A stretch of 64,000 nucleotides of DNA from Eledone cirrhosa (GCA_964016885.1 OZ024741.1:403062001-403126000); one strand, 5' to 3'. Numbered from the stretch's first letter, positions 41,201 to 56,309 are shown. Numbers and translations are program-made. Notes: generated from the sequence alone by a model not told the origin.

Positions 41201-44200
41201 CCACTACAGTCTCTCTATATTCTCAGTTACTGGCAGACATAACTTCCACTACAGTCTCTCTATATTCCCAGTTACTGCCAGACATAACTTCCACTACAGT
41301 CTCTCTATATTCTCAGCTACTGCCAGAGTTAACTTCCACTACAGTCTCTCTATATTCCCAGTTACTGGCAGACATAACTTCCACTACAGTCTCTCTATAT
41401 TCTCAGTTACTGCCAGAGTTAACTTCCACTACAGTCTCTCTATATTCTCAGTTACTGCCAGACATCACTTCCACTACAGTCTCTGTATATTCTCAGTTAC
41501 TGCCAGACATCACTTCCACTACAGTCTCTCTATATTCTCAGTTACTGCCAGAGTTAACTTCCACAAAAGTGTCTCTATATTCTCAGTTACTGCCAGACAT
41601 CACTTCCACTACAGTCTCTCTATATTCTCAGTTACTGCCAGAGTTAACTTCCACTACAGTGTCTCTATATTCTCAGTTACTGCCAGACATAACTTCCACT
41701 ACAGTCTCTCTATATTCTCAGTTACTGGCAGACATAACTTCCACTACAATCTCTCTATATTCTCAGTTACTGCCAGACATAACTTCCACTACAGTCTCTC
41801 TATATTCTCAGTTACTGCCAGAGTTAACTTCCACTACAGTCTCTCTATATTCTCAGTTACTGCCAGCGTTAACTTCCACTACAGTCTCTCTATATTCTCA
41901 GTTACTGCCAGAGTTAACTTCCACTACAGTCTCTCTATATTCTCAGTTACTGGCAGACATAACTTCCACTACAGTCTCTCTATATTCCCAGTTACTGCCA
42001 GACATAACTTCCACTACAGTATCTCTATATTCTCAGCTACTACCAGAGTTAACTTCCACTACAGTCTCTCTATATTCCCAGTTACTGGCAGACATAACTT
42101 CCACTACAGTCTCTCTATATTCTCAGTTACTGCCAGAGTTAACTTCCACTACAGTCTCTCTATATTCTCAGTTACTGCCAGACATCACTTCCACTACAGT
42201 CTCTGTATATTCTCAGTTACTGCCAGATATCACTTCCACTACAGTCTCTCTATATTCTCAGTTACTGCGAGAGTTAACTTCCACAAAAGTGTCTCTATAT
42301 TCTCAGTTACTGCCAGACATCACTTCCACTACAGTCTCTCTATATTCTCAGTTACTGCCAGAGTTAACTTCCACTACAGTGTCTCTATATTCCCAGTTAC
42401 TGCCAGACATAACTTCCACTACAGTCTCTCTATATTCTCAGTTACTGCCAGAGTTATCTTCCACTACAGTCTCTCTATATTCTCAGTTACTGCCAGACAT
42501 CACTTCCACTACAGTCTCTCTATATTCTCAGTTACTGCCAGACATAACTAGCACTACAGTCTCTCTATATTCCCAGTTACTGCCAGACATAACTTCCACT
42601 ACAGTCTCTCTATATTCTCAGTTACTGCCAGCGTTAACTTCCACTACAGTCTCTCTATATTCTCAGTTACTGCCAGAGTTAACTTCCACTACAGTCTCTC
42701 TATATTCTCAGTTACTGGCAGACATAACTTCCACTACAGTCTCTCTATATTCCCAGTTACTGCCAGACATAACTTCCACTACAGTCTCTCTATATTCTCA
42801 GCTACTGCCAGAGTTAACTTCCACTACAGTCTCTCTATATTCTCAGTTACTGCCTGACATCACTTCCACTACAGTCTCTCTATATTCTCAGTTACTGCCA
42901 GAGTTATCTTCCACCACAGTCTCTGTATATTCTCAGTTCCTGCCTGACATAACTTCCACTACAGTCTCTCTATATTCTCAGTTACTACCAGACATAACTT
43001 CCACTACAGTCTCTCTATAATCTCAGTTACTGCCAGACTTAACTTCCACTACATTCTCTCTATATTCGCAGTTACTGCCAGACATAACTTCCACTACAGT
43101 CTCTCTATATTCTCAGTTACTGCCAGAGTTAACTTCCACTACAGTCTCTCTATATTCTCAGTTACTGCCAGATTTAACTTCCACTACAGTCTCTCTATAT
43201 TCTCAGTTACTGGCAGACATAACTTCCACTACAGTCTCTCTATATTCCCAGTTACTGCCAGACATAACTTCCACTACAGTCTCTCTATATTCTCAGCTAC
43301 TGCCAGAGTTAACTTCCACTACAGTCTCTCTATATTCCCAGTTACTGGCAGACATAACTTCCACTACAGTCTCTCTATATTCTCAGTTACTGCCAGAGTT
43401 AACTTCCACTACAGTCTCTCTATATTCTCAGTTACTGCCAGACATCACTTCCACTACAGTCTCTGTATATTCTCAGTTACTGCCAGACATCACTTCCACT
43501 ACAGTCTCTCTATATTCTCAGTTACTGCCAGAGTTAACTTCCACTACAGTGTCTCTATATTCCCAGTTACTGCCAGACATAACTTCCACTACAGTCTCTC
43601 TATATTCTCAGTTACTGCCAGAGTTAACTTCCACTACAGTCTCTCTATATTCTCAGTTACTGCCAGACATCACTTCCACTACAGTCTCTCTATATTCTCA
43701 GTTACTGCCAGACATAACTACCACTACAGTCTCTCTATATTCCCAGTTACTGCCAGACATAACTTCCACTACAGTCTCTCTATATTCTCAGCTACTGCCA
43801 GAGTTAACTTCCACTACAGTCTCTCTATATTCCCAGTTACTGCCAGACATCACTTCCACTACAGTCTCTCTATATTCTCAGTTACTGGCAGACATCACTT
43901 CCACTACAGTCTCTCTATATTCTCAGTTACTGGCAGACATCATTTCCACTACAGTCTCTCTATATTCTCAGTTACTACCAGACACCACTTCCACTACAGT
44001 CTCTCTATATTCTCACAGTTACTGACAGACATCACTTCCACTACAGTCTCTCTATATTCTCAGTTACTGACAGACATAACTTCCACTACAGTCTCTCTAT
44101 ATTCTCAGTTACTGCCAGAGTTAACTTCCACTACAGTCTCTCTATATTCTCAGTTACTGCCAGAGTAAACTTCCACTACAGTCTCTGTATATTCTCAGTT

Positions 44201-45620
44201 ACTGCCAGAGTTAACTTCCACTACAGTCTCTCTATATTCTCAGTTACTGCCAGACATAACTTCCACTACAGTCTCTCTATATTCTCAGTTACTGCCAGAG
44301 TTAACTTCCACTACAGTCTCTCTATATTCTCAGTTACTGCCAGTCATATCTTCCACTACAGTCTCTCTATATTCTCAGTTACTGGCAGACATAACTTCCA
44401 CTACAGTCTCTCTATATTCTCAGTTACTGCCAGAGTTAACTTCCACTACAGTCTCTCTATATTCTCAGCTACTGCCAGAGTTAACTTCCACTACAGTCTC
44501 TCTATATTCCCAGTTACTGGCAGACATAACTTCCACTACAGTCTCTCTATATTCTCAGTTACTGCCAGACATAACTTCCACTACAGTCTCTCTATATTCT
44601 CAGTTACTGCCAGACATAACTTCCACTACAATCTGTCTATATTCTCAGTTACTGCCAGACATAACTTCCACTACAGTCTCTCTATATTCTCAGTTACTGC
44701 CAGACATAACTTCCACTACAGTCTCTCTATATTCTCAGTTACTGCCAGACATAGCTTCCACTACAGTCTCTCTATATTCCCAGTTACTGGCAGAGTTAAC
44801 TTCCACTACAGTCTCTCTATATTCTCAGTTACTGCCTGACATCACTTCCACTACAGTCTCTCTATATTCTCAGTTACTGCCAGAGTTATCTTCCACCACA
44901 GTCTCTGTATATTCTCAGTTCCTGCCAGACATAACTTCCACTACAGTCTCTCTATATTCTCAGTTACTACCAGACATAACTTCCACTACAGTCTCTCTAT
45001 AATCTCAGTTACTGCCAGACTTAACTTCCACTACATTCTCTCTATATTCGCAGTTACTGCCAGACATAACTTCCACTACAGTCTCTCTATATTCTCAGTT
45101 ACTGCCAGAGTTAACTTCCACTACAGTCTCTCTATATTCTCAGTTACTGCCAGAGTTAACTTCCACTACAGTCTCTCTATATTCTCAGTTACTGGCAGAC
45201 ATAACTTCCACTACAGTCTCTCTATATTCCCAGTTACTGCCAGACATAACTTCCACTACAGTCTCTCTATATTCTCAGCTACTGCCAGAGTTAACTTCCA
45301 CTACAGTCTCTCTATATTCCCAGTTACTGGCAGACATAACTTCCACTACAGTCTCTCTATATTCTCAGTTACTGCCAGAGTTAACTTCCACTACAGTCTC
45401 TCTATATTCTCAGTTACTGCCAGACATCACTTCCACTACAGTCTCTGTATATTCTCAGTTACTGCCAGACATCACTTCCACTACAGTCTCTCTATATTCT
45501 CAGTTACTGCCAGAGTTAACTTCCACAAAAGTGTCTCTATATTCTCAGTTACTGCCAGACATCACTTCCACTACAGTCTCTCTATATTCTCAGTTACTGC
45601 CAGAGTTAACTTCCACTACA
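38280..45620. repeat. Tandem duplication, offset 3,962 bp (88 monomers + 2)
   Basis: ORFs 39587..40063 and 43549..44025 are identical. TAACTAGCAC (~38583/42545), GATTTAAC (~39209/43171) and GTCATATC (~40381/44343) all recur at +3962. Confidence 0.9.
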
Positions 45621-48600
45621 GTGTCTCTATATTCCCAGTTACTGCCAGACATAACTTCCACTACAGTCTCTCTATATTCTCAGTTACTGCCAGAGTTAAC
45701 TTCCACTACAGTCTCTCTATATTCTCAGTTACTGCCAGACATCACTTCCACTACAGTCTCTCTATATTCTCAGTTACTGCCAGACATAACTACCACTACA
45801 GTCTCTCTATATTCCCAGTTACTGCCAGACATAACTTCCACTACAGTCTCTCTATATTCTCAGCTACTGCCAGAGTTAACTTCCACTACAGTCTCTCTAT
45901 ATTCCCAGTTACTGCCAGACATCACTTCCACTACAGTCTCTCTATATTCTCAGTTACTGGCAGACATCACTTCCACTACAGTCTCTCTATATTCTCAGTT
46001 ACTGGCAGACATCACTTCCACTACAGTCTCTCTATATTCTCAGTTACTACCAGACACCACTTCCACTACAGTCTCTCTATATTCTCACAGTTACTGACAG
46101 ACATCACTTCCACTACAGTCTCTCTATATTCTCAGTTACTGACAGACATAACTTCCACTACAGTCTCTCTATATTCTCAGTTACTGCCAGAGTTAACTTC
46201 CACTACAGTCTCTCTATATTCTCAGTTACTGCCAGAGTAAACTTCCACTACAGTCTCTGTATATTCTCAGTTACTGCCAGAGTTAACTTCCACTACAGTC
46301 TCTCTATATTCTCAGTTACTGCCAGACATAACTTCCACTACAGTCTCTCTATATTCTCAGTTACTGCCAGAGTTAACTTCCACTACAGTCTCTCTATATT
46401 CTCAGTTACTGCCAGTCATATCTTCCACTACAGTCTCTCTATATTCTCAGTTACTGGCAGACATAACTTCCACTACAGTCTCTCTATATTCTCAGTTACT
46501 GCCAGAGTTAACTTCCACTACAGTCTCTCTATATTCTCAGCTACTGCCAGAGTTAACTTCCACTACAGTCTCTCTATATTCCCAGTTACTGGCAGACATA
46601 ACTTCCACTACAGTCTCTCTATATTCTCAGTTACTGCCAGACATAACTTCCACTACAGTCTCTCTATATTCTCAGTTACTGCCAGACATAACTTCCACTA
46701 CAATCTCTCTATATTCTCAGTTACTGCCAGACATAACTTCCACTACAGTCTCTCTATATTCTCAGTTACTGCCAGACATAACTTCCACTACAGTCTCTCT
46801 ATATTCTCAGTTACTGCCAGACATAGCTTCCACTACAGTCTCTCTATATTCCCAGTTACTGGCAGAGTTAACTTCCACTACAGTCTCTCTATATTCTCAG
46901 TTACTGGCAGAGTTAACTTCCACTACGGTCTCTCTATATTCCCAGTTACTGGCAGAGTTATCTTCCACTACAGTCTCTCTATATTCTCAGTTACTGGCAT
47001 ACATAACTTCCACTACGGTCTCTCTATATTCTCAGCTACTGCCAGAGTTAACTTCCACTACAGTCTCTCTATATTCTCAGCTACTGCCAGAGTTAGCTTC
47101 CACTACAGTCTCTCTATATTCCCAGTTACTGCCAGACATCACTTCCACTACAGTCTCTCTATATTCTCAGTTACTGGCAGACATAACTTCCACTACAGTC
47201 TCTATATATTCTCTCAGTTACTGACAGACATCACTTCCACTACAGTCTCTCTATATTCTCAGTTACTGCCAGACATAACTTCCACTACAGTCTCTCTATA
47301 TTCTTAGTAACTGCCAGAGTTAACTTCCACTACAGTGTCTCTATATTCTCAGTTACTGCCAGACATAACTTCCACTACAGTCTCTCTATATTCTCAGTTA
47401 CTGCCAGACATCACTTCCACTACAGTCTCTCTATATTCTCAGTTACTGCCAGACATAACTTCCACTACAGTCTCTCTATATTCTCAGTTACTGCCAGAGT
47501 TAACTTCCACTACAGTCTCTCTATATTCCCAGTTACTGCCTGACATCACTTCCACTACAGTCTCTCTATATTCTCAGTTACTGCCAGAGTTAACTTCCAC
47601 TACAGTCTCTCTATATTCTCAGTTACTGCCTGACATAACTTCCACTACAGTCTCTCTATATTCTCAGTTACTACCAGACATAACTTCCACTACAGTCTCT
47701 CTATAATCTCAGTTCCTGCCAGTCTTAACTTCCACTACATTCTCTCTATATTCTCAGTTACTGCCAGACATAACTTCCACTACAGTCTCTCTATATTCTC
47801 AGTTACTGCCAGAGTTAACTTCCACTACAGTCTCTCTATATTCTCAGTTACTGCCAGAGTTAACTTCCACTACAATCTCTCTATATTCTCAGTTACTGCC
47901 AGAGTTAACTTCCACTACAGTCTCTCTATATTCTCAGTTACTGCCAGACATAACTTCCACTACAGTCTCTCTATATTCTCAGTTACTGCCAGAGTTAACT
48001 TCCACTACAGTCTCTCTATATTCTCAGTTACTGCCAGACATAACTTCCACTACAGTCTCTCTATATTCTCAGTTACTGGCAGACATAACTTCCACTACAG
48101 TCTCTCTATATTCTCAGTTACTGGCATACATAACTTCCACTACAATCTCTCTATATTCTCAGTTACTGCCAGACATAACTTCCACTACAGTCTCTCTATA
48201 TTCTCAGTTACTGCCAGACATAACTTCCACTACAGTCTCTCTATATTCCCAGTTACTGCCAGAGTTAACTTCCACTACAATCTCTCTATATTCTCAGTTA
48301 CTGCCAGACATAACTTCCACTACAGTCTCTCTATATTCTCAGTTACTGCCAGACATCACTTCCACTACATTCTCTCTATATTCCCAGTTACTGCCAGACA
48401 TAAGTTCCACTACAGTCTCTCTATATTCCCAGTTACTGCCAGAGTTAACTTCCACTACAGTCTCTCTATATTCTGAGTTACTGCTAGAGTTAACTTCCAC
48501 TACAGTCTCTCTATATTCTCAGCTACTGCAAGAGTTAACTTCCACTACAGTCTCTCTATATTCCCAGTTGCTGGCAGACATAACTTCCACTACAGTCTCT

Positions 48601-51600
48601 CTATATTCTCAGTTACTGCCAGACATAACTTCCACTACAGTCTCTCTATATTCTCAGTTACTGGCAGACATAACTTCCACTACAGTCTCTCTATATTCTC
48701 AGTTACTGCCAGACATAACTTCCACTACAGTCTCTCTATATTCTCAGTTACTGCCAGACATAACTTCCACTACAGTCTCTCTATATTCCCAGTTACTGGC
48801 AGAGTTAACTTCCACTACAGTCTCTCTATATTCTCAGTTACTGGCATACATCACTTCTACTACAGTCTCTCTCTATATTCTCAGTTACTGGCAGAGTTAA
48901 CTTCCACTACAGTCTCTCTATATTCCCAGTTACTGGCAGAGTTAACTTCCACTACAGTCTCTCTATATTCTCAGTTACTGCCAGAGTTAACTTCCACTAC
49001 AGTCTCTCTATATTCTCAGTTACTGCCAGAGTTAACTTCCACTACAGTCTCTCTATATTCTCAGCTACTGCCAGAGTTAACTTCCACTACAGTCTCTCTA
49101 TATTCTCAGTTACTGCCAGACATAACTTCCACTACAGTCTCTCTATATTCTAAGTTACTGGCATACATAACTTCCACTACATTCTCTCTATATTCTCAGT
49201 TACTGCCAGACATGACTTCCACTACAGTCTCTCTATATTCTCAGTTACTGGCAGAAATAACTTCCACTACAGTCTCTCTATATTCTCAGTTACTGGCAGA
49301 CATGACTTCCACTACAGTCTCTCTATATTCTCAGTTACTGGCAGACATAAATTCCACTACAGTCTCTCTATATTCTCAGTTACTGCCAGACATAACTTCC
49401 ACTACAGTCTCTCTATATTCTCAGTTACTGGCAGACATAACTTCCACTACAATCTCTCTATATTCTCAGTTACTGCCAGACATAACTTCCACTACAGTCT
49501 CTCTATATTCTCAGTTACTGCCAGACATAACTTCCACTACAGTCTCTCTATATTCTCAGTTACTGCCAGACATAACTTCCACTACAGTCTCTCTATATTG
49601 TCAGTTACTGGCAAACATAACTTCCACTACAGTCTCTCTATTTTCTCAGTTACTGGCAGACATGACTTCCACTACAGTCTCTCTATATTCTCAGTTACTG
49701 GCATACATAACTTCCACTACAGTCTCTCTATATTCTCAGTTACTGCCTGACATAACTTCCACTACAGTCTCTCTATATTCTCAGTTACTACCAGACATAA
49801 CTTCCACTACAGTCTCTCTATAATCTCAGTTACTGCCAGACTTAACTTCCACTACAGTCTCTCTATATTCTCAGCTACTGCCAGAGTTAACTTCCACTAC
49901 AGTCTCTCTATATTCCCAGTTACTGGCAGACATAACTTCCACTACAGTCTCTCTATATTCTCAGTTACTGCCAGACATAACTTCCACTACAGTCTCTCTA
50001 TATTCTCAGTTACTGGCAGACATAACTTCCACTACAATCTCTCTATATTCTCAGTTACTGCCAGACATAACTTCCAATACAGTCTCTCTATATTCTCAGT
50101 TACTGCCAGACATAACTTCCACTACAGTCTCTCTATATTCTCAGTTACTGCCAGACATAGCTTCCACTACAGTCTCTCTATATTCCCAGTTACTGGCAGA
50201 GTTATCTTCCACTACAGTCTCTCTATATTCTCAGTTACTGCCTGACATAACTTCCACTACAGTCTCTCTATATTCTCAGTTACTACCAGACATAACTTCC
50301 ACTACAGTCTCTCTATAATCTCAGTTACTGCCAGACTTAACTTCCACTACATTCTCTCTATATTCGCAGTTACTGCCAGACATAACTTCCACTACAGTCT
50401 CTCTATATTCTCAGTTACTGCCAGAGTTAACTTCCACTACAGTCTCTCTATATTCTCAGTTACTGCCAGCGTTAACTTCCACTACAGTCTCTCTATATTC
50501 TCAGTTACTGCCAGAGTTAACTTCCACTACAGTCTCTCTATATTCTCAGTTACTGGCAGACATAACTTCCACTACAGTCTCTCTATATTCCCAGTTACTG
50601 CCAGACATAACTTCCACTACAGTCTCTCTATATTCTCAGCTACTGCCAGAGTTAACTTCCACTACAGTCTCTCTATATTCCCAGTTACTGGCAGACATAA
50701 CTTCCACTACAGTCTCTCTATATTCTCAGTTACTGCCAGAGTTAACTTCCACTACAGTCTCTCTATATTCTCAGTTACTGCCAGACATCACTTCCACTAC
50801 AGTCTCTGTATATTCTCAGTTACTGCCAGACATCACTTCCACTACAGTCTCTCTATATTCTCAGTTACTGCGAGAGTTAACTTCCACAAAAGTGTCTCTA
50901 TATTCTCAGTTACTGCCAGACATCACTTCCACTACAGTCTCTCTATATTCTCAGTTACTGCCAGAGTTAACTTCCACTACAGTGTCTCTATATTCCCAGT
51001 TACTGCCAGACATAACTTCCACTACAGTCTCTCTATATTCTCAGTTACTGCCAGAGTTAACATACACTACAGTCTCTCTATATTCTCAGTTACTGCCAGA
51101 CATCACTTCCACTACAGTCTCTCTATATTCTCAGTTACTGCCAGACATAACTACCACTACAGTCTCTCTATATTCCCAGTTACTGCCAGACATAACTTCC
51201 ACTACAGTCTCTCTATATTCTCAGTTACTGCCAGCGTTAACTTCCACTACAGTCTCTCTATATTCTCAGTTACTGCCAGAGTTAACTTCCACTACAGTCT
51301 CTCTATATTCTCAGTTACTGGCAGACATAACTTCCACTACAGTCTCTCTATATTCCCAGTTACTGCCAGACATAACTTCCACTACAGTCTCTCTATATTC
51401 TCAGCTACTGCCAGAGTTAACTTCCACTACAGTCTCTCTATATTCTCAGTTACTGCCTGACATCACTTCCACTACAGTCTCTCTATATTCTCAGTTACTG
51501 CCAGAGTTATCTTCCACCACAGTCTCTGTATATTCTCAGTTCCTGCCTGACATAACTTCCACTACAGTCTCTCTATATTCTCAGTTACTACCAGACATAA

Positions 51601-54600
51601 CTTCCACTACAGTCTCTCTATAATCTCAGTTACTGCCAGACTTAACTTCCACTACATTCTCTCTATATTCGCAGTTACTGCCAGACATAACTTCCACTAC
51701 AGTCTCTCTATATTCTCAGTTACTGCCAGAGTTAACTTCCACTACAGTCTCTCTATATTCTCAGTTACTGCCAGAGTTAACTTCCACTACAGTCTCTCTA
51801 TATTCTCAGTTACTGGCAGACATAACTTCCACTACAGTCTCTCTATATTCCCAGTTACTGCCAGACATAACTTCCACTACAGTCTCTCTATATTCTCAGC
51901 TACTGCCAGAGTTAACTTCCACTACAGTCTCTCTATATTCCCAGTTACTGGCAGACATAACTTCCACTACAGTCTCTCTATATTCTCAGTTACTGCCAGA
52001 GTTAACTTCCACTACAGTCTCTCTATATTCTCAGTTACTGCCAGACATCACTTCCACTACAGTCTCTGTATATTCTCAGTTACTGCCAGACATCACTTCC
52101 ACTACAGTCTCTCTATATTCTCAGTTACTGCCAGAGTTAACTTCCACAAAAGTGTCTCTATATTCTCAGTTACTGCCAGACATCACTTCCACTACAGTCT
52201 CTCTATATTCTCAGTTACTGCCAGACATAACTACCACTACAGTCTCTCTATATTCCCAGTTACTGCCAGACATAACTTCCACTACAGTCTCTCTATATTC
52301 TCAGCTACTGCCAGAGTTAACTTCCACTACAGTCTCTCTATATTCCCAGTTACTGCCAGACATCACTTCCACTACAGTCTCTCTATATTCTCAGTTACTG
52401 GCAGACATCACTTCCACTACAGTCTCTCTATATTCTCAGTTACTGGCAGACATCACTTCCACTACAGTCTCTCTATATTCTCAGTTACTACCAGACACCA
52501 CTTCCACTACAGTCTCTCTATATTCTCACAGTTACTGACAGACATCACTTCCACTACAGTCTCTCTATATTCTCAGTTACTGCCAGACATAACTTCCACT
52601 ACAGTCTCTCTATATTCTCAGTAACTGCCAGAGTTAACTTCCACTACAGTGTCTCTATATTCTCAGTTACTGCCAGACATAACTTCCACTACAGTCTCTC
52701 TATATTCTCAGTTACTGCCAGAGTTAACCTCCACTACAGTGTCTCTATATTCTCAGTTACTGCCTGACATAACTTCCACTACAGTCTCTCTATAATCTCA
52801 GTTACTGCCAGACTTAACTTCCACTACATTCTCTCTATATTCTCAGTTACTGCCAGACATAACTTCCACTACAGTCTCTCTATATTCTCAGTTACTGCCA
52901 GAGTTAATTTCCACTACAGTCTCTATATATTCTCAGTTACTGCCAGAGTTAACTTCCACTACAGTCTCTCTATATTCTCAGATACTGCCAGAGTTAACTT
53001 CCACTACAGTCTCTCTATATTCCCAGTTACTGGCAGAGTTATATTCCACTACAGTCTCTCTATATTCTCAGTTACTGGCATACATAACTTCCACTACAGT
53101 CTCTCTATATTCTCAGTTACTGGCAGACATAACTTCCACTACAGTCTCTCTATATTCTCAGTTACTGCCAGAGTTAACTTCCACTACAATCTCTCTATAT
53201 TCTCAGTTACTGCCTGACATCACTTCCACTACAGTCTCTCTATATTCTCAGTTACTGCCAGAGTTAACTTCCACTACAGTCTCTGTATATTCTCAGTTCC
53301 TGCCTGACATAACTTCCACTACAGTCTCTCTATATTCTCAGTTACTACCAGACATAACTTCCACTACAGTCTCTCTATAATCTCAGTTACTGCCAGGCTT
53401 AACTTCCACTACATTCTCTCTATATTCGCAGTTACTGCCAGACATAACTTCCACTACAGTCTCTCTATATTCTCAGTTACTGCCAGAGTTAACTTCCACT
53501 ACAGTCTCTCTATATTCTCAGTTACAGCCAGAGTTAACTTCCACTACAGTCTCTCTATATTCTCAGTTACTGCCAGAGTTAACTTCCACTACAGTCTCTC
53601 TATATTCTCAGTTACTGGCAGACATAACTTCCACTACAGTCTCTCTATATTCTCAGTTACTACCAGACATAACTTCCACTACAGTCTCTCTATATTCCCA
53701 GTTACTGCTAGACATAACTTCCACTACAGTCTCTCTATATTCTCAGCTACTGCCAGTGTTAACTTCCACTACAGTCTCTCTATATTCCCAGTTACTGGCA
53801 GACATAACTTCCACTACAGTCTCTCTATATTCTCAGTTACTGCCAGAGTTAACTTCCACTACAGTCTCTCTATATTCTCAGTTACTGCCAGACATCACTT
53901 CCACTACAGTCTCTGTATATTCTCAGTTACTGCCAGACATCACTTCCACTACAGTCTCTCTATATTCTCAGTTACTGCCAGAGTTAACTTCCACAAAAGT
54001 GTCTCTATATTCTCAGTTACTGCCAGAGTTAACTTCCACTACAGTGTCTCTATATTCCCAGTTACTGCCAGACATAACTTCCACTACAGTCTCTCTATAT
54101 TCTCAGTTACTGCCAGAGTTAACTTCCACTACAGTCTCTCTATATTCTCAGTTACTGCCAGACATCACTTCCACTACAGTCTCTCTATATTCTCAGTTAC
54201 TGCCAGACATAACTACCACTACAGTCTCTCTATATTCCCAGTTACTGCCAGACATAACTTCCACTACAGTCTCTCTATATTCTCAGCTACTGCCAGAGTT
54301 AACTTCCACTACAGTCTCTCTATATTCCCAGTTACTGCCAGACATCACTTCCACTACAGTCTCTCTATATTCTCAGTTACTGGCAGACATCACTTCCACT
54401 ACAGTCTCTCTATATTCTCAGTTACTGCCAGACATAACTTCCACTACAGTCTCTCTATATTCTCAGTTACTACCAGACACCACTTCCACTACAGTCTCTC
54501 TATATTCTCACAGTTACTGACAGACATCACTTCCACTACAGTCTCTCTATATTCTCAGTTACTGCCAGACATAACTTCCACTACAGTCTCTCTATATTCT

Positions 54601-56309
54601 CAGTTACTGCCAGAGTTAACTTCCACTACAGTGTCTCTATATTCTCAGTTACTGCCTGACATAACTTCCACTACAGTCTCTCTATATTCTCAGTTACTAC
54701 CAGACATAATTTCCGCTACAGTCTCTCTATAATCTCAGTTACTGCCAGACTTAACTTCCACTACATTCTCTCTATATTCTCAGTTACTGCCAGACATAAC
54801 TTCCTCTACAGTCTCTCTATATTCTCAGTTACTGCCAGAGTTAACTTCCACTACAGTCTCTCTATATTCTCAGTTACTGCCAGACATAACTTCCACTACA
54901 GTCTCTCTATATTCTCAGTTACTGCCAGAGTTAACTTCCACTACAGTCTCTCTATATTCTCAGTTACTGCCAGACATAACTTCCACTACAGTCTCTCTAT
55001 ATTCTCAGTTACTGGCAGACATAACTTCCACTACAGTCTCTCTATATTCTCAGTTACTGGCAGAGTTAACTTCCACTACAGTCTCTCTATATTCCCAGTT
55101 ACTGGCAGACATAACTTCCACTACAGTCTCTCTATATTCTCAGTTACTGCCAGACATAACTTCCACTACAGTCTCTCTATATTCTCAGTTACTGGCAGAC
55201 ATAACTTCCACTACAATCTCTCTATATTCTCAGTTACTGCCAGACATAACTTCCACTACAGTCTCTCTATATTCTCAGTTACTGCCAGACATAACTTCCA
55301 CTACAGTCTCTCTATATTCTCAGTTACTGCCAGACGTAGCTTCCAATACAGTCTCTCTATATTCCCAGTTACTGGCAGAGTTAACTTCCACTACAGTCTC
55401 TCTATATTCTCAGTTACTGGCATACATAACTTCCACTACAGTCTCTCTATATTCTCAGTTACTGGCAGAGTTAACTTCCACTACAGTCTCTCTATATTCC
55501 CAGTTACTGGCAGAGTTATCTTCCACTACAGTCTCACTATATTCTCAGTTACTGGCATACATAACTTCCACTACAGTCTCTCTATATTCTCAGTTACTGG
55601 CAGACATCACTTCCACTACAGTCTCTCTATATTCTCAGTTACTGCCAGAGTTAACTTCCACTACAGTCTCTCTATATTCTCAGTGACTGCCTGACATCAC
55701 TTCCACTACAGTCTCTCTATATTCTCAGTTACTGCCAGAGTTAACTTCCACTACAGTCTCTCTATATTCTCAGTTCCTGCCTGACATAACTTCCACTACA
55801 GTCTCTCTATATTCTCAGTTACTACCAGACATAACTTCCACTACAGTCTCTCTATAATCTCAGTTACTGCCAGACTTAACTTCCACTACATTCTCTCTAT
55901 ATTCGCAGTTACTGCCAGACATAACTTCCACTACAGTCTCTCTATATTCTCAGTTACTGCCAGAGTTAACTTCCACTACAGTCTCTCTATATTCTCAGTT
56001 ACTGCCAGAGTTAACTTCCACTACAGTCTCTCTATATTCTCAGTTACTGCCAGAGTTAACTTCCACTACAGTCTCTCTATATTCGCAGTTACTGCCAGAC
56101 ATAACTTCCACTACAGTCTCTCTATATTCCCAGTTACTGCCAGACATAACTTCCACTACAGTCTCTCTATATTCTCAGCTACTGCCAGAGTTAACTTCCA
56201 CTACAGTCTCTCTATATTCCCAGTTACTGGCAGACATAACTTCCACTACAGTCTCTCTATATTCTCAGTTACTGCCAGAGTTAACTTCCACTACAGTCTC
56301 TCTATATTC

